IMG/VR virus record: IMGVR_UViG_3300017917_002954
Location: 1 to 64,000 of that record
Length of the DNA stretch: 64,000 bases
DNA from: a virus
Direction: 5' to 3' (one strand)
Part shown: piece by piece, positions 57,324-64,000 of the stretch
Numbering within the stretch: the stretch's first letter is position 1
Layout: every line of letters starts with the position of its first letter
The notes under the pieces: generated by a model
Databases searched by the model: none
Told to the model about the DNA's origin: nothing
Seen by the model: the letters and a program-made list of their open reading frames with translations, nothing else
Translations under genes and position numbers: made by a program

Positions 57324-57497
57324 CTAGGTCTTTTTCACAAATATATAATTGATCACAGCAATACCCCAGAACAGAAGCATTCCAACATAGTCGCCCTGTG
57401 CAAAATCAATCAAGCCTGCATGGACTAAAAAACCAATTAGGAACCAAGTGATTTGAACTTGATTGCTCAGGTACCACGCTCTAAATTTATTCATCAT
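57324..57497 (-). CDS. Small membrane protein (2 TM)
   Basis: Start revised to 57497 (ATGA overlap); two hydrophobic segments. Confidence 0.55.
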   Translation of the reverse strand: MMNKFRAWYLSNQVQITWFLIGFLVHAGLIDFAQGDYVGMLLFWGIAVINYIFVKKT

Positions 57498-57679
57498 TTT
57501 GAAACCTCCACACATGTGTATTTGATTACTTTGGTTGTTGCTGAAGCCATCTTTTTGGCTTCTTCTCCAGCGGCACGACATTCTTGTTGTGTTCTAAAAC
57601 CCGCAACATTGGTCAATGCCATTGAGTCCTTGTCGCTCATGATACCAGCATGAGCAAATAATATCAGTGTCCAAATCAT
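57494..57679 (-). CDS. Small secreted/membrane-anchored protein
   Basis: MIWTLILF...F.T.QEC..AG...C; ATGA overlaps on both sides. Confidence 0.6.
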   Translation of the reverse strand: MIWTLILFAHAGIMSDKDSMALTNVAGFRTQQECRAAGEEAKKMASATTKVIKYTCVEVSK

Positions 57680-57924
57680 TGTTCTACTCCAAATCGTTCT
57701 TGTATTTGATATCCAATGTCTTCGATCGAAGCCTTGAGCCACGTCTCATTGGTATATTTTGATGCCGCAATGTTGATGCATCTCACACATTCTTCCACAA
57801 TCAATCCGGCAAAAATATCTAGACCTTCTTGATCAGGATTGTCTTGTATACCGGCCTGTTGTTTGAGTTGATGTAAAAACTTGTTCATGTACTCGCCTGC
57901 TGTGGTAAATTTGAGATCGGTCAT
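57676..57924 (-). CDS. Small hypothetical phage protein
   Basis: FA.LIV.EC...I.ERFGVE pattern; ATGA-coupled. Confidence 0.6.
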   Translation of the reverse strand: MTDLKFTTAGEYMNKFLHQLKQQAGIQDNPDQEGLDIFAGLIVEECVRCINIAASKYTNETWLKASIEDIGYQIQERFGVEQ

Positions 57925-58124
57925 TGTAGTCTACCCCACTTGATGTTTGTCCAAATTCTATCGTACAAATAGTAAGAGACCATCCAAATAAAATTGATTA
58001 CAATGGTTGGACCCAGAGCTTGCGACATACTTTGTCCTGTGACCAACAGCATTATATAAGTGGTCAGCACAACCCAGCACCTATAGATCAAAGTTTTGAC
58101 CAGCGTTCTAGTTTTTGTTTCCAT
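57921..58124 (-). CDS. DUF2061-like small membrane protein
   Basis: MET..RTLVKT..YR...YY.YDRIW..I.WG; start revised to 58124 (TGATG overlap). Confidence 0.6.
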   Translation of the reverse strand: METKTRTLVKTLIYRCWVVLTTYIMLLVTGQSMSQALGPTIVINFIWMVSYYLYDRIWTNIKWGRLQ

Positions 58125-59413
58125 CAGTTCTTGCTTTCTTCTTCGTAGTAGGCATACTGACCCCAAGGTGGCTCAACAGTTGTAGTACCGTGCAAAATAA
58201 ACACAGTGTCACAGTAGTTTTCATCACCCCACGAACCAAACGGATAACCGTCTGTGAACATGATATGACGTTTGGGTTCAATTTCGTTTTCTTTGAAGTA
58301 TTCAAACACACAATCAAAGTCTGTACCTCCACCGCCTTGTATTTCATAGTCAGTAATTGAATCCAAGTTCTCACTGTCAAACTGCTGTGGATTGTAAACC
58401 TGTGTATCAAATGATATCACATGAATACGGTATGCTGAGAACTGCTCCATGATACCAGCAGTTTCACTCAAAATGTCTTTGAGTATCCGCTCGCTCATCG
58501 AACCTGAAGCATCAATACTGATAGCAATATCAATCATTTCATCGTTCTTCATGCCTGGCATCACAGCATCCATGTGCCAACCACGTCTGCTGGCTCGCAT
58601 CCAGGTAAAGTCACTCTTGATAGTGCTCTCCAACTGCATACGCAATAATTCACGCCAGTTCATCTTAGGCTCAGTCATGTCCTGAATAATGCGTTTGACA
58701 CCAGCTGGCAAATTGCCTGCACCATCTGACGCTTGAGCCGCGGCTAAAACAGCTTCTTTGATCTCATCGCGGATCTTGGCTTTTTCTGCCGCTGACATCT
58801 TTGGACGACCGGAACCCTTGCCATCTTGTTCGCCCTTGCCACCACCATCTTGCTCATCGTCTCCGTCCATGTGCTCGTCTAACAACTTGTCAATCAGCTG
58901 ACTGATATCAATCTTTTCAGCGTTTTCGTACAAGATGTCATAGATTTCTTCAGAGCTCTTGCCTTCGTATTTTTGATCATACAAACAAGGCACTGATGTA
59001 ATGAACTCACCCACACGATGTTTCTTTAAGTCTGCGTTCACACAGTAGTCATTGGCAATGTTCCAAAGCTGTGGATCTCTATCACCTCTACGGCCAAAGT
59101 GATCATACACACAATGAAGCACTTCATGACCAAACAAGAATTCAATTTCTTTGGGTTTGAGCATTTCTACAAAACGAGTGTTATAGTAAAAATTACGTCC
59201 GTCTGTTGCGGCAGTAGGACACCACTCGTCGGCGTTCACCAACTTCAACCTAGTGGCCAAATTACCAAAGAATGAAGCACGGAGTAGGAGTCCTACCCGA
59301 GCAGTGATCAACTTTTCACGTACCTGACGATCCAATGCTGGATCAGTGGCACCCAATAGATTGGCAAACTTGTCTGCGTCTTTGCTATCTGCTGTGGTTC
59401 CTTTTGTGCTCAT
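58124..59413 (-). CDS. Putative metallopeptidase plus VWA domain protein (DUF2201-like)
   Basis: TAATDG, HEVLH (HExxH), WNIA.DY.VN; VWA MIDAS DASGS, GGGGTDF, FTDG; GGAG SD. Confidence 0.85.
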   Translation of the reverse strand: MSTKGTTADSKDADKFANLLGATDPALDRQVREKLITARVGLLLRASFFGNLATRLKLVNADEWCPTAATDGRNFYYNTRFVEMLKPKEIEFLFGHEVLHCVYDHFGRRGDRDPQLWNIANDYCVNADLKKHRVGEFITSVPCLYDQKYEGKSSEEIYDILYENAEKIDISQLIDKLLDEHMDGDDEQDGGGKGEQDGKGSGRPKMSAAEKAKIRDEIKEAVLAAAQASDGAGNLPAGVKRIIQDMTEPKMNWRELLRMQLESTIKSDFTWMRASRRGWHMDAVMPGMKNDEMIDIAISIDASGSMSERILKDILSETAGIMEQFSAYRIHVISFDTQVYNPQQFDSENLDSITDYEIQGGGGTDFDCVFEYFKENEIEPKRHIMFTDGYPFGSWGDENYCDTVFILHGTTTVEPPWGQYAYYEEESKN

Positions 59414-59440
59414 ATGACTCCTAATTTTTCAGTATGTATT

Positions 59441-59469
59441 ATTATAGCACTTCAACCATTACTGGTCAA
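59441..59469 (-). promoter_or_regulatory. Consensus sigma70 (early) promoter
   Basis: Minus strand TTGACC-17 nt-TATAAT with an extended -10 TG. Confidence 0.85.
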
Positions 59470-59477
59470 GTAGCCGC

Positions 59478-59490
59478 TAAGTTGTTGATT
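59478..59490 (-). promoter_or_regulatory. IHF-consensus site upstream of the promoter
   Basis: Minus strand AATCAACAACTTA matches WATCAANNNNTTR, with an upstream A/T tract. Confidence 0.5.
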
Positions 59491-59510
59491 TTTAACAAGA
59501 AAAAGCACTG

Positions 59511-59777
59511 CTAACCACTGGCAATTAGCAGAGCCATGCTTATATCTGCTTGATTTTTAACGTAAATTCTACGACGCTTTTTGTCCGTACGCCACATAGG
59601 ATTGATTATGTGCCGAGGCGGGCTTTGATTATGGTCCCAATAGTCTGCGGAACCATAGGTATTTTTTAACCACTCAATGACGCGGTCGGCTTGGTTATGC
59701 TCTAAGAAATTATAACGCAGAGCTTGGTCAAAGTCGGGATAGTACCTAAACCGACGGTCAAGTTTGATTATCTTCAT
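59511..59777 (-). CDS. Small protein, KLDRR subfamily
   Basis: KLDRR...WLKNTYG...RIYVKNQAD; paralog of 63674..64000. Confidence 0.65.
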   Translation of the reverse strand: MKIIKLDRRFRYYPDFDQALRYNFLEHNQADRVIEWLKNTYGSADYWDHNQSPPRHIINPMWRTDKKRRRIYVKNQADISMALLIASG

Positions 59778-59988
59778 GGGTATATCTATTGGGTATCTTC
59801 TTTAAGGTTTTACGAGCATACTGACCTCCGGCGGAATCAGCATACATACGAGCTATGTCATCCAGGGCAGTCCACATGATTTCATGTTCATCTTGAAGCT
59901 CATAAACACGGTTGCGTAGATTGGTTGCATCCATTATGCTCATGGTTGCAATTATCAATCGTGCCAGTAGTTGAGCCCAAAATTGCAT
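59758..59988 (-). CDS. Small hypothetical protein
   Basis: Fills the array; TGATG overlap with the upstream gene (start uncertain). Confidence 0.5.
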   Translation of the reverse strand: MQFWAQLLARLIIATMSIMDATNLRNRVYELQDEHEIMWTALDDIARMYADSAGGQYARKTLKKIPNRYTHEDNQT

Positions 59989-60335
59989 CAGTAGTCAAAC
60001 TCCAAAGTTGCTATGCCCAGTGGTTGTGACTTGCCATTGCTGTTGCTGGGTCGAATCCATAGTTGTCCTTGATGGTCACACCACACACGCCATTCGTTGT
60101 AGCGAGGATTATACAACACAGCGTCACTGTGTCGTATGAATGCTTGATGCCATGAAAATTCCACAGCCCAAGGAGACTGCTCACCACTTAGAACTGCCCA
60201 AGCATTTTCTTTTTCAATGTCTGCTCGATTCAGCGGTGTCCATTCAACTCGACTGTAAAGTCGTTGAGCATCAGGCCGCATTTTTGTAAGCCAATCTTTT
60301 TCACGTATCAACACACGACGTCGAACTGTTTTCAT
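59988..60335 (-). CDS. Hypothetical protein
   Basis: 115 aa, Trp-rich, ATGA-coupled. Confidence 0.6.
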   Translation of the reverse strand: MKTVRRRVLIREKDWLTKMRPDAQRLYSRVEWTPLNRADIEKENAWAVLSGEQSPWAVEFSWHQAFIRHSDAVLYNPRYNEWRVWCDHQGQLWIRPSNSNGKSQPLGIATLEFDY

Positions 60336-60637
60336 TGTTCAGTTAGGTATTTTAATTGAAACCAGCTCTGTGCTGATTCGTTAAAAAAGTCCAAATGTAC
60401 TTGGTCCTCATAATGATATCGATGACGAAATTCTTCTTGCAACCATTCACCGTCATCGTTGTATTCATTTGGTGCCAGTCCACGATGATGCCTAATAGTA
60501 AACCCTAGTTCTTTTTTGAGCTTCCAGGATATCATGGTCATGCTTCGGCCATATTCGTCATCTATTCTACGATGTATTTCGTACCACTCGTGTAGCTTGT
60601 GAAATATGATCAAGTTTTTTCTAACAGTGATCTTCAT
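60332..60637 (-). CDS. Small protein, FxL(R/K)(W/F/Y) family
   Basis: Ends LDFFNESAQSWFQLKYL; coupled overlaps. Confidence 0.65.
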   Translation of the reverse strand: MKITVRKNLIIFHKLHEWYEIHRRIDDEYGRSMTMISWKLKKELGFTIRHHRGLAPNEYNDDGEWLQEEFRHRYHYEDQVHLDFFNESAQSWFQLKYLTEQ

Positions 60638-60900
60638 TACAGTTCCTTGGCCTGTAGTTTAATCCAGGTCATTTCTTGTGGATGGCACGGTTTATGTACA
60701 TCACGCCCGTGTTCTCTAACTAGTGTAAGCCCATTGGCATTTTCCAACCAAACACGACTGGCCATTTGAAAACAGGCATTGTGTAGAATTTTCTGCCCTT
60801 TGCTACAGTCTTCAGGATGATAACCACGTTGAAACGCATAACGCACTGGTTCGTTGAACAACTTGGTACCAACAGGAAATTCGTAGTAGTAATCAATCAT
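60637..60900 (-). CDS. Small hypothetical protein
   Basis: Start revised to 60900 (ATGA overlap); ends EMTWIKLQA. Confidence 0.6.
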   Translation of the reverse strand: MIDYYYEFPVGTKLFNEPVRYAFQRGYHPEDCSKGQKILHNACFQMASRVWLENANGLTLVREHGRDVHKPCHPQEMTWIKLQAKEL

Positions 60901-61169
60901 TCTGGTTTGGCCAAACAATAGTGTAGGTAAATCTTTTCTCCCATGACCAATCGATCAAAGGTAATGTTCCATCCGGCGGGCCCTGCATTATATTGATCTT
61001 TGTAGTTTTCTTTCAACCAATATTCTGTCTCCATGCGACGCCTTACACGATACATCCAAGTGTTCTTCCAACAATGAGCATCTGAATCCCAATAGGTTTT
61101 ATAAGTTTTATCCACATCTTTAGGAACAATTTCTACTTCGTCTATGGGTTGATACGGTTGCCAGGTCAT
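60897..61169 (-). CDS. Small hypothetical protein (divergent family member?)
   Basis: Start revised to 61169 (ATGA overlap); WLKENY...MGEKIYLHYCL. Confidence 0.6.
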   Translation of the reverse strand: MTWQPYQPIDEVEIVPKDVDKTYKTYWDSDAHCWKNTWMYRVRRRMETEYWLKENYKDQYNAGPAGWNITFDRLVMGEKIYLHYCLAKPE

Positions 61170-61438
61170 TGTCGGATCTTCCACTTTAAAGCAAACATTG
61201 TAGCATCTTTAGCGTTTTCAATCAACCATGTACCTCGGTGTTCACGGTGCTCTCCGGTAAAGTTATCATCCGCCCAATTCTTCACAGTGTTCCAGCCTTG
61301 CCCAGAATCAGGATCATAATCAACGTTAAGCACTGTCCACCCAAAGCCTTGTAAGACATCGCACAGAATCACAAAGTCCATGCTTTGCTCCATGCCTTTG
61401 GCTAGATCATTCAATACTTGTTCTTGTAGATCACTCAT
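61166..61438 (-). CDS. Small protein, FxL(R/K)W family
   Basis: WADDNFTG...IENAKDATMFALKW. Confidence 0.7.
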   Translation of the reverse strand: MSDLQEQVLNDLAKGMEQSMDFVILCDVLQGFGWTVLNVDYDPDSGQGWNTVKNWADDNFTGEHREHRGTWLIENAKDATMFALKWKIRQ

Positions 61439-61737
61439 GCAAACCTCAACAAATCAAATTCATCTGCATAGTGATACCAACTCCAGTCGTCATGATCAAC
61501 ATAGTCATTGCCTACAGTTCTATACACAGTGGTCCACCACGCAACTTGATCGGACACAGTACGAATTGGTCTCCAAGCAAACCACGGTTGCCATTGATGA
61601 ATTGTGCGTTTTGAGACCCATCGAGCTCGTCGCCAACTTGGACGTTGATAATCCAGTATCCAGCGCCAACCCACTACCCCTAAAAACAAGCTGGCCACAA
61701 CAATACCAGACAATGCAAACATAACCGCTCGTTCCAT
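61435..61737 (-). CDS. Small protein, WxPxFAWxP family with N-terminal TM segment
   Basis: WQPWFAWRPI...WW..VYR...Y...FDLL; paralog of 63087..63278. Confidence 0.65.
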   Translation of the reverse strand: MERAVMFALSGIVVASLFLGVVGWRWILDYQRPSWRRARWVSKRTIHQWQPWFAWRPIRTVSDQVAWWTTVYRTVGNDYVDHDDWSWYHYADEFDLLRFA

Positions 61738-61955
61738 TACGCAAAACTCAACTGAAACATCACAGCATCGCGTTCATGCTCAAACCAAAAATCCCAGTTA
61801 AATTCAACCCAAGAATCCCATGCACAGTTCTTTCTACACCATTTTCTTGCTTGCTCTCGTTTGGGAGTAATTGATCCGGGTGCGGCGATCTTTATACGAT
61901 ACCAATCAGCTTCGTGTAGGCTTTCCAGAGTATAAGTTTGCAATGCCAAGCCCAT
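61737..61955 (-). CDS. Small protein, FxL(R/S)F family
   Basis: WCRKNC...FEHERDAVMFQLSFA; start revised to 61955 (TAATG overlap). Confidence 0.7.
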   Translation of the reverse strand: MGLALQTYTLESLHEADWYRIKIAAPGSITPKREQARKWCRKNCAWDSWVEFNWDFWFEHERDAVMFQLSFA

Positions 61956-62206
61956 TATGACCACCGTAATTGAAATAACATCATATCCGCTTCATTTTTA
62001 AAATGCCAACGATAGTTGTTTGATAGTTTGCCGTGGCTGTCGTGCCCTATCCACAGCACAGTCCACGTTCCTAAACGTGATTGGTGCTGACTTTCTACTA
62101 GTCCCCAACGTGGTCCAAATTGCTGATAACACCATTCCTTGGGTGACCATATGGTGTGATTATTGATGCGTTCAATGATCGCGGTATAAGGTAAAGTACG
62201 GCTCAT
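61955..62206 (-). CDS. Small protein, FxLRW family
   Basis: WCYQQFG...FKNEADMMLFQLRWS; start revised to 62206 (ATGA overlap). Confidence 0.7.
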   Translation of the reverse strand: MSRTLPYTAIIERINNHTIWSPKEWCYQQFGPRWGLVESQHQSRLGTWTVLWIGHDSHGKLSNNYRWHFKNEADMMLFQLRWS

Positions 62207-62436
62207 GCCCACCTCAACTTAAACATGGTCATTTGTTCATCTGTGTCAAAAAAGAACTTGTTGTAGCCCGAACGTTGACCGCAACTGTGTTCTCTGCACC
62301 ATGCGTCCACAGTCTGCATGTCAGCATCGTTGGCTATGTCAAAATATCCAGGTTCTGTCACTGGCTCAAGTCGAACATAACCCGGAAAGTGGTCAACATC
62401 CGACACTGTATATTTGGTGCCGTTGATTGTGGCCAT
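62203..62436 (-). CDS. Small protein, FxLRW family
   Basis: WCREHSCG...FDTDEQMTMFKLRWA. Confidence 0.7.
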   Translation of the reverse strand: MATINGTKYTVSDVDHFPGYVRLEPVTEPGYFDIANDADMQTVDAWCREHSCGQRSGYNKFFFDTDEQMTMFKLRWA

Positions 62437-62645
62437 TAGGCGAACCTCAACAAGAACATTGTGTACTTTTGTTCGTCGTCGATATTGATGTAATTAAATC
62501 TGTGATCAATACCCCAAGTGTGTAGCATCCAATCTTGAAAGTGCTCATTGCTAGATGCTGGTCCAAACTCAGATCTATAGTGTTCACGAACACGGTTATA
62601 GGCATCCCAGCTGATCTTGGTTCGATCCATCATTACTACTGTCAT
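62436..62645 (-). CDS. Small protein, FxLRF family
   Basis: WMLHTWG...IDDEQKYTMFLLRFA. Confidence 0.7.
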   Translation of the reverse strand: MTVVMMDRTKISWDAYNRVREHYRSEFGPASSNEHFQDWMLHTWGIDHRFNYINIDDEQKYTMFLLRFA

Positions 62646-62866
62646 GCAAACCTCAACATAAAAGCAGTGTAGTCACTGTCGTTGGGAAACTCAATCCAGT
62701 ATTCAGTGTCATTCCAAAAGTATTGCCTGTGATGCTTGTGATGTAGACCAAAATGCTCGCGCCATAGCGCACCCATCACGGTGGGTGTCACAGGATTCAT
62801 GTCCATTATCTCTCGACTGGCACGGTTGTATGCTTCGCCTAGTTCTTTCTGTGTGGTTCTAATCAT
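62642..62866 (-). CDS. Small protein, FxLRF family
   Basis: WREHFG...FPNDSDYTAFMLRFA; start revised to 62866 (ATGA overlap). Confidence 0.7.
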   Translation of the reverse strand: MIRTTQKELGEAYNRASREIMDMNPVTPTVMGALWREHFGLHHKHHRQYFWNDTEYWIEFPNDSDYTAFMLRFA

Positions 62867-63090
62867 TCGGTGCCCCAACGCAATACAAAAAACATGTAAT
62901 CTTGTTCGTTGTGAAACTGATAGCATGTAGGACTCCATCCAGCCCAACAGTATCTACGACCTTTTTCGTTGCGGCCAAAGTTTTTTTCCAACCATTCGCA
63001 ACGTTCAATAGATTGACTCCAATGCGTTTCCTGAGGACACACACTGTATTTCCAATACCTAATGCTACGTCTTCTTTGTTTTGCGTTCAT
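62863..63090 (-). CDS. Small protein, FxLRW family
   Basis: WLEKNFG...FHNEQDYMFFVLRWG. Confidence 0.7.
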   Translation of the reverse strand: MNAKQRRRSIRYWKYSVCPQETHWSQSIERCEWLEKNFGRNEKGRRYCWAGWSPTCYQFHNEQDYMFFVLRWGTE

Positions 63091-63278
63091 GCGTCTTTTA
63101 ATACATCAAATACGTTGCCATACTCCCAACCCTGATCGGGATATACCATTCTGTTTCGACTGCGACGATACACACGTCGCAACCAATGCCACGAACCGTG
63201 AATGTCCTGTACTGGCTTCCAAGCAAATACCGGTTCCCAAGGTCCTTGCGGTCCACGAAATTTGATCAATTCTGCCAC
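63087..63278 (-). CDS. Small protein, WxPxFAWxP family
   Basis: WEPVFAWKPV...WL..VYR...Y...FDVL. Confidence 0.65.
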   Translation of the reverse strand: MAELIKFRGPQGPWEPVFAWKPVQDIHGSWHWLRRVYRRSRNRMVYPDQGWEYGNVFDVLKDA

Positions 63279-63490
63279 CTTAACATAAACATCATCAAGT
63301 CCTGCTCAGTATCCAGTGTTATGACCATGCCCATTTGATGATCACGACCACGTGGTAAATTGGTGTCCATCCACTCTAGTATTGCTGTTTCGTTATCGGC
63401 CCACCACATGTAGTCTGCAATCATTACCAGCTGTGCCTTAGATGCAGGACTATGGGCCGGAATAAATCGTTGATGATGTACAGTTGACAT
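63266..63490 (-). CDS. Small protein, FxLRW family
   Basis: WMDTNLP...LDTEQDLMMFMLRWQ; start probably ATG 63490. Confidence 0.7.
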   Translation of the reverse strand: MSTVHHQRFIPAHSPASKAQLVMIADYMWWADNETAILEWMDTNLPRGRDHQMGMVITLDTEQDLMMFMLRWQN

Positions 63491-63492
63491 GT

Positions 63493-63693
63493 CTATGACC
63501 ATCGTAGACTGAATAACAATGCGTCATCTACTGATTCAAACTGTGCTCTACGAACAGCAGTACCAGGTATGCCCCAAATACGATAATCGCCTGTGCAATT
63601 ATCTCTGCACCAGGCATGTATGAGTTCAATGTCCTCATAGCTTTTCAACCGAGCTCGAACTTCAGTCCAAGGTTTAGAAGAGGGGGTCATCAC
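63493..63693 (-). CDS. Small protein, FxLRW family
   Basis: WCRDNCTG...FESVDDALLFSLRWS. Confidence 0.7.
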   Translation of the reverse strand: MMTPSSKPWTEVRARLKSYEDIELIHAWCRDNCTGDYRIWGIPGTAVRRAQFESVDDALLFSLRWS

Positions 63694-64000
63694 TGATATC
63701 CCGGGGAAAACTTAACGTAAACCAGTTCAGTGTAGCATCATCTTTGACATACAATCTATATTCATCATATTTTATTGAATACGCCCAGTGTTTGTTGTAT
63801 TCCCCCACTGCTGAACTTTCCTTAATTATCTCCTCGCGAGTTTCTACATCTGTACTCCACCCAAACTTTTCGTTGAACCAACGTCGGCATTTGTCAAACT
63901 CCAACACACCCGATCTTAGATTTGGAGCATAACTCTTGGGACGCTTGAATTCAATCATCCACTGAAAGTCGTGATGCCAACTGTGCCTACGGTCTAATTT
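63674..64000 (-). CDS. Small protein, KLDRR subfamily, 5'-truncated by the window edge
   Basis: The frame is open to 64000 (KLDRRHSWHHDFQWMIEF...); WFNEKFG...RLYVKDDATLNWFTLSF. Confidence 0.65.
   Translation of the reverse strand, partial: KLDRRHSWHHDFQWMIEFKRPKSYAPNLRSGVLEFDKCRRWFNEKFGWSTDVETREEIIKESSAVGEYNKHWAYSIKYDEYRLYVKDDATLNWFTLSFPRDISDDPLF

Noticed and set aside
58108-58410. Overlapping 100-aa minus-strand ORF
   Set aside because: It lies in an alternate frame inside the VWA domain of 58124..59413, with no independent support.
1-64000. Alternative genetic code (stop-codon reassignment)
   Set aside because: Genes tile the window under the standard code, including a 4848-aa ORF, and TAA, TAG and TGA all end well-formed genes.
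1-64000. CRISPR array, tRNAs, introns/inteins, transposase or integrase
   Set aside because: No regularly spaced repeats, cloverleafs or such motifs were seen, and intergenic gaps are under ~100 nt. A small intein or RNA could be missed by eye.

Overview
This window is part of a large (probably jumbo) myovirus-type bacteriophage genome, standard genetic code, almost fully coding. It has four parts. (1) 1-29 kb, + strand: a T4-like baseplate/tail module with gp53-, gp5-, gp25- and gp6-like genes, a 4848-aa virion protein and a tail fibre with a C-terminal chaperone/peptidase domain. Many of these genes are preceded by a TAAATA late-promoter-like motif. (2) 29.4-54.3 kb: a dense ~25-kb enzymatic island. 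It holds six radical SAM enzymes with N-terminal Cys-rich (twitch-like) domains, about seven glycosyltransferase-like genes, SGNH-like and sulfotransferase-like genes, a NodU/CmcH carbamoyltransferase with a coupled 33-aa peptide, a DegT aminotransferase and an NDP-sugar epimerase. A Pho-box-preceded pstS is inserted within it. (3) 54.6-59.4 kb, - strand: thyX, hypothetical genes and a VWA/metallopeptidase gene behind a consensus sigma70 promoter with an IHF-like site. (4) 59.5-64 kb, - strand: 18 small, mostly translationally coupled genes. At least 10 of them share a W..xxFG ... FxxxxDxxxFxL(R/K)(W/F) signature, whose codons at several junctions double as the next gene's Shine-Dalgarno. No tRNA, rRNA, CRISPR array, integrase or transposase was recognised. 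All family assignments come from motif recognition by eye; no database search was run.
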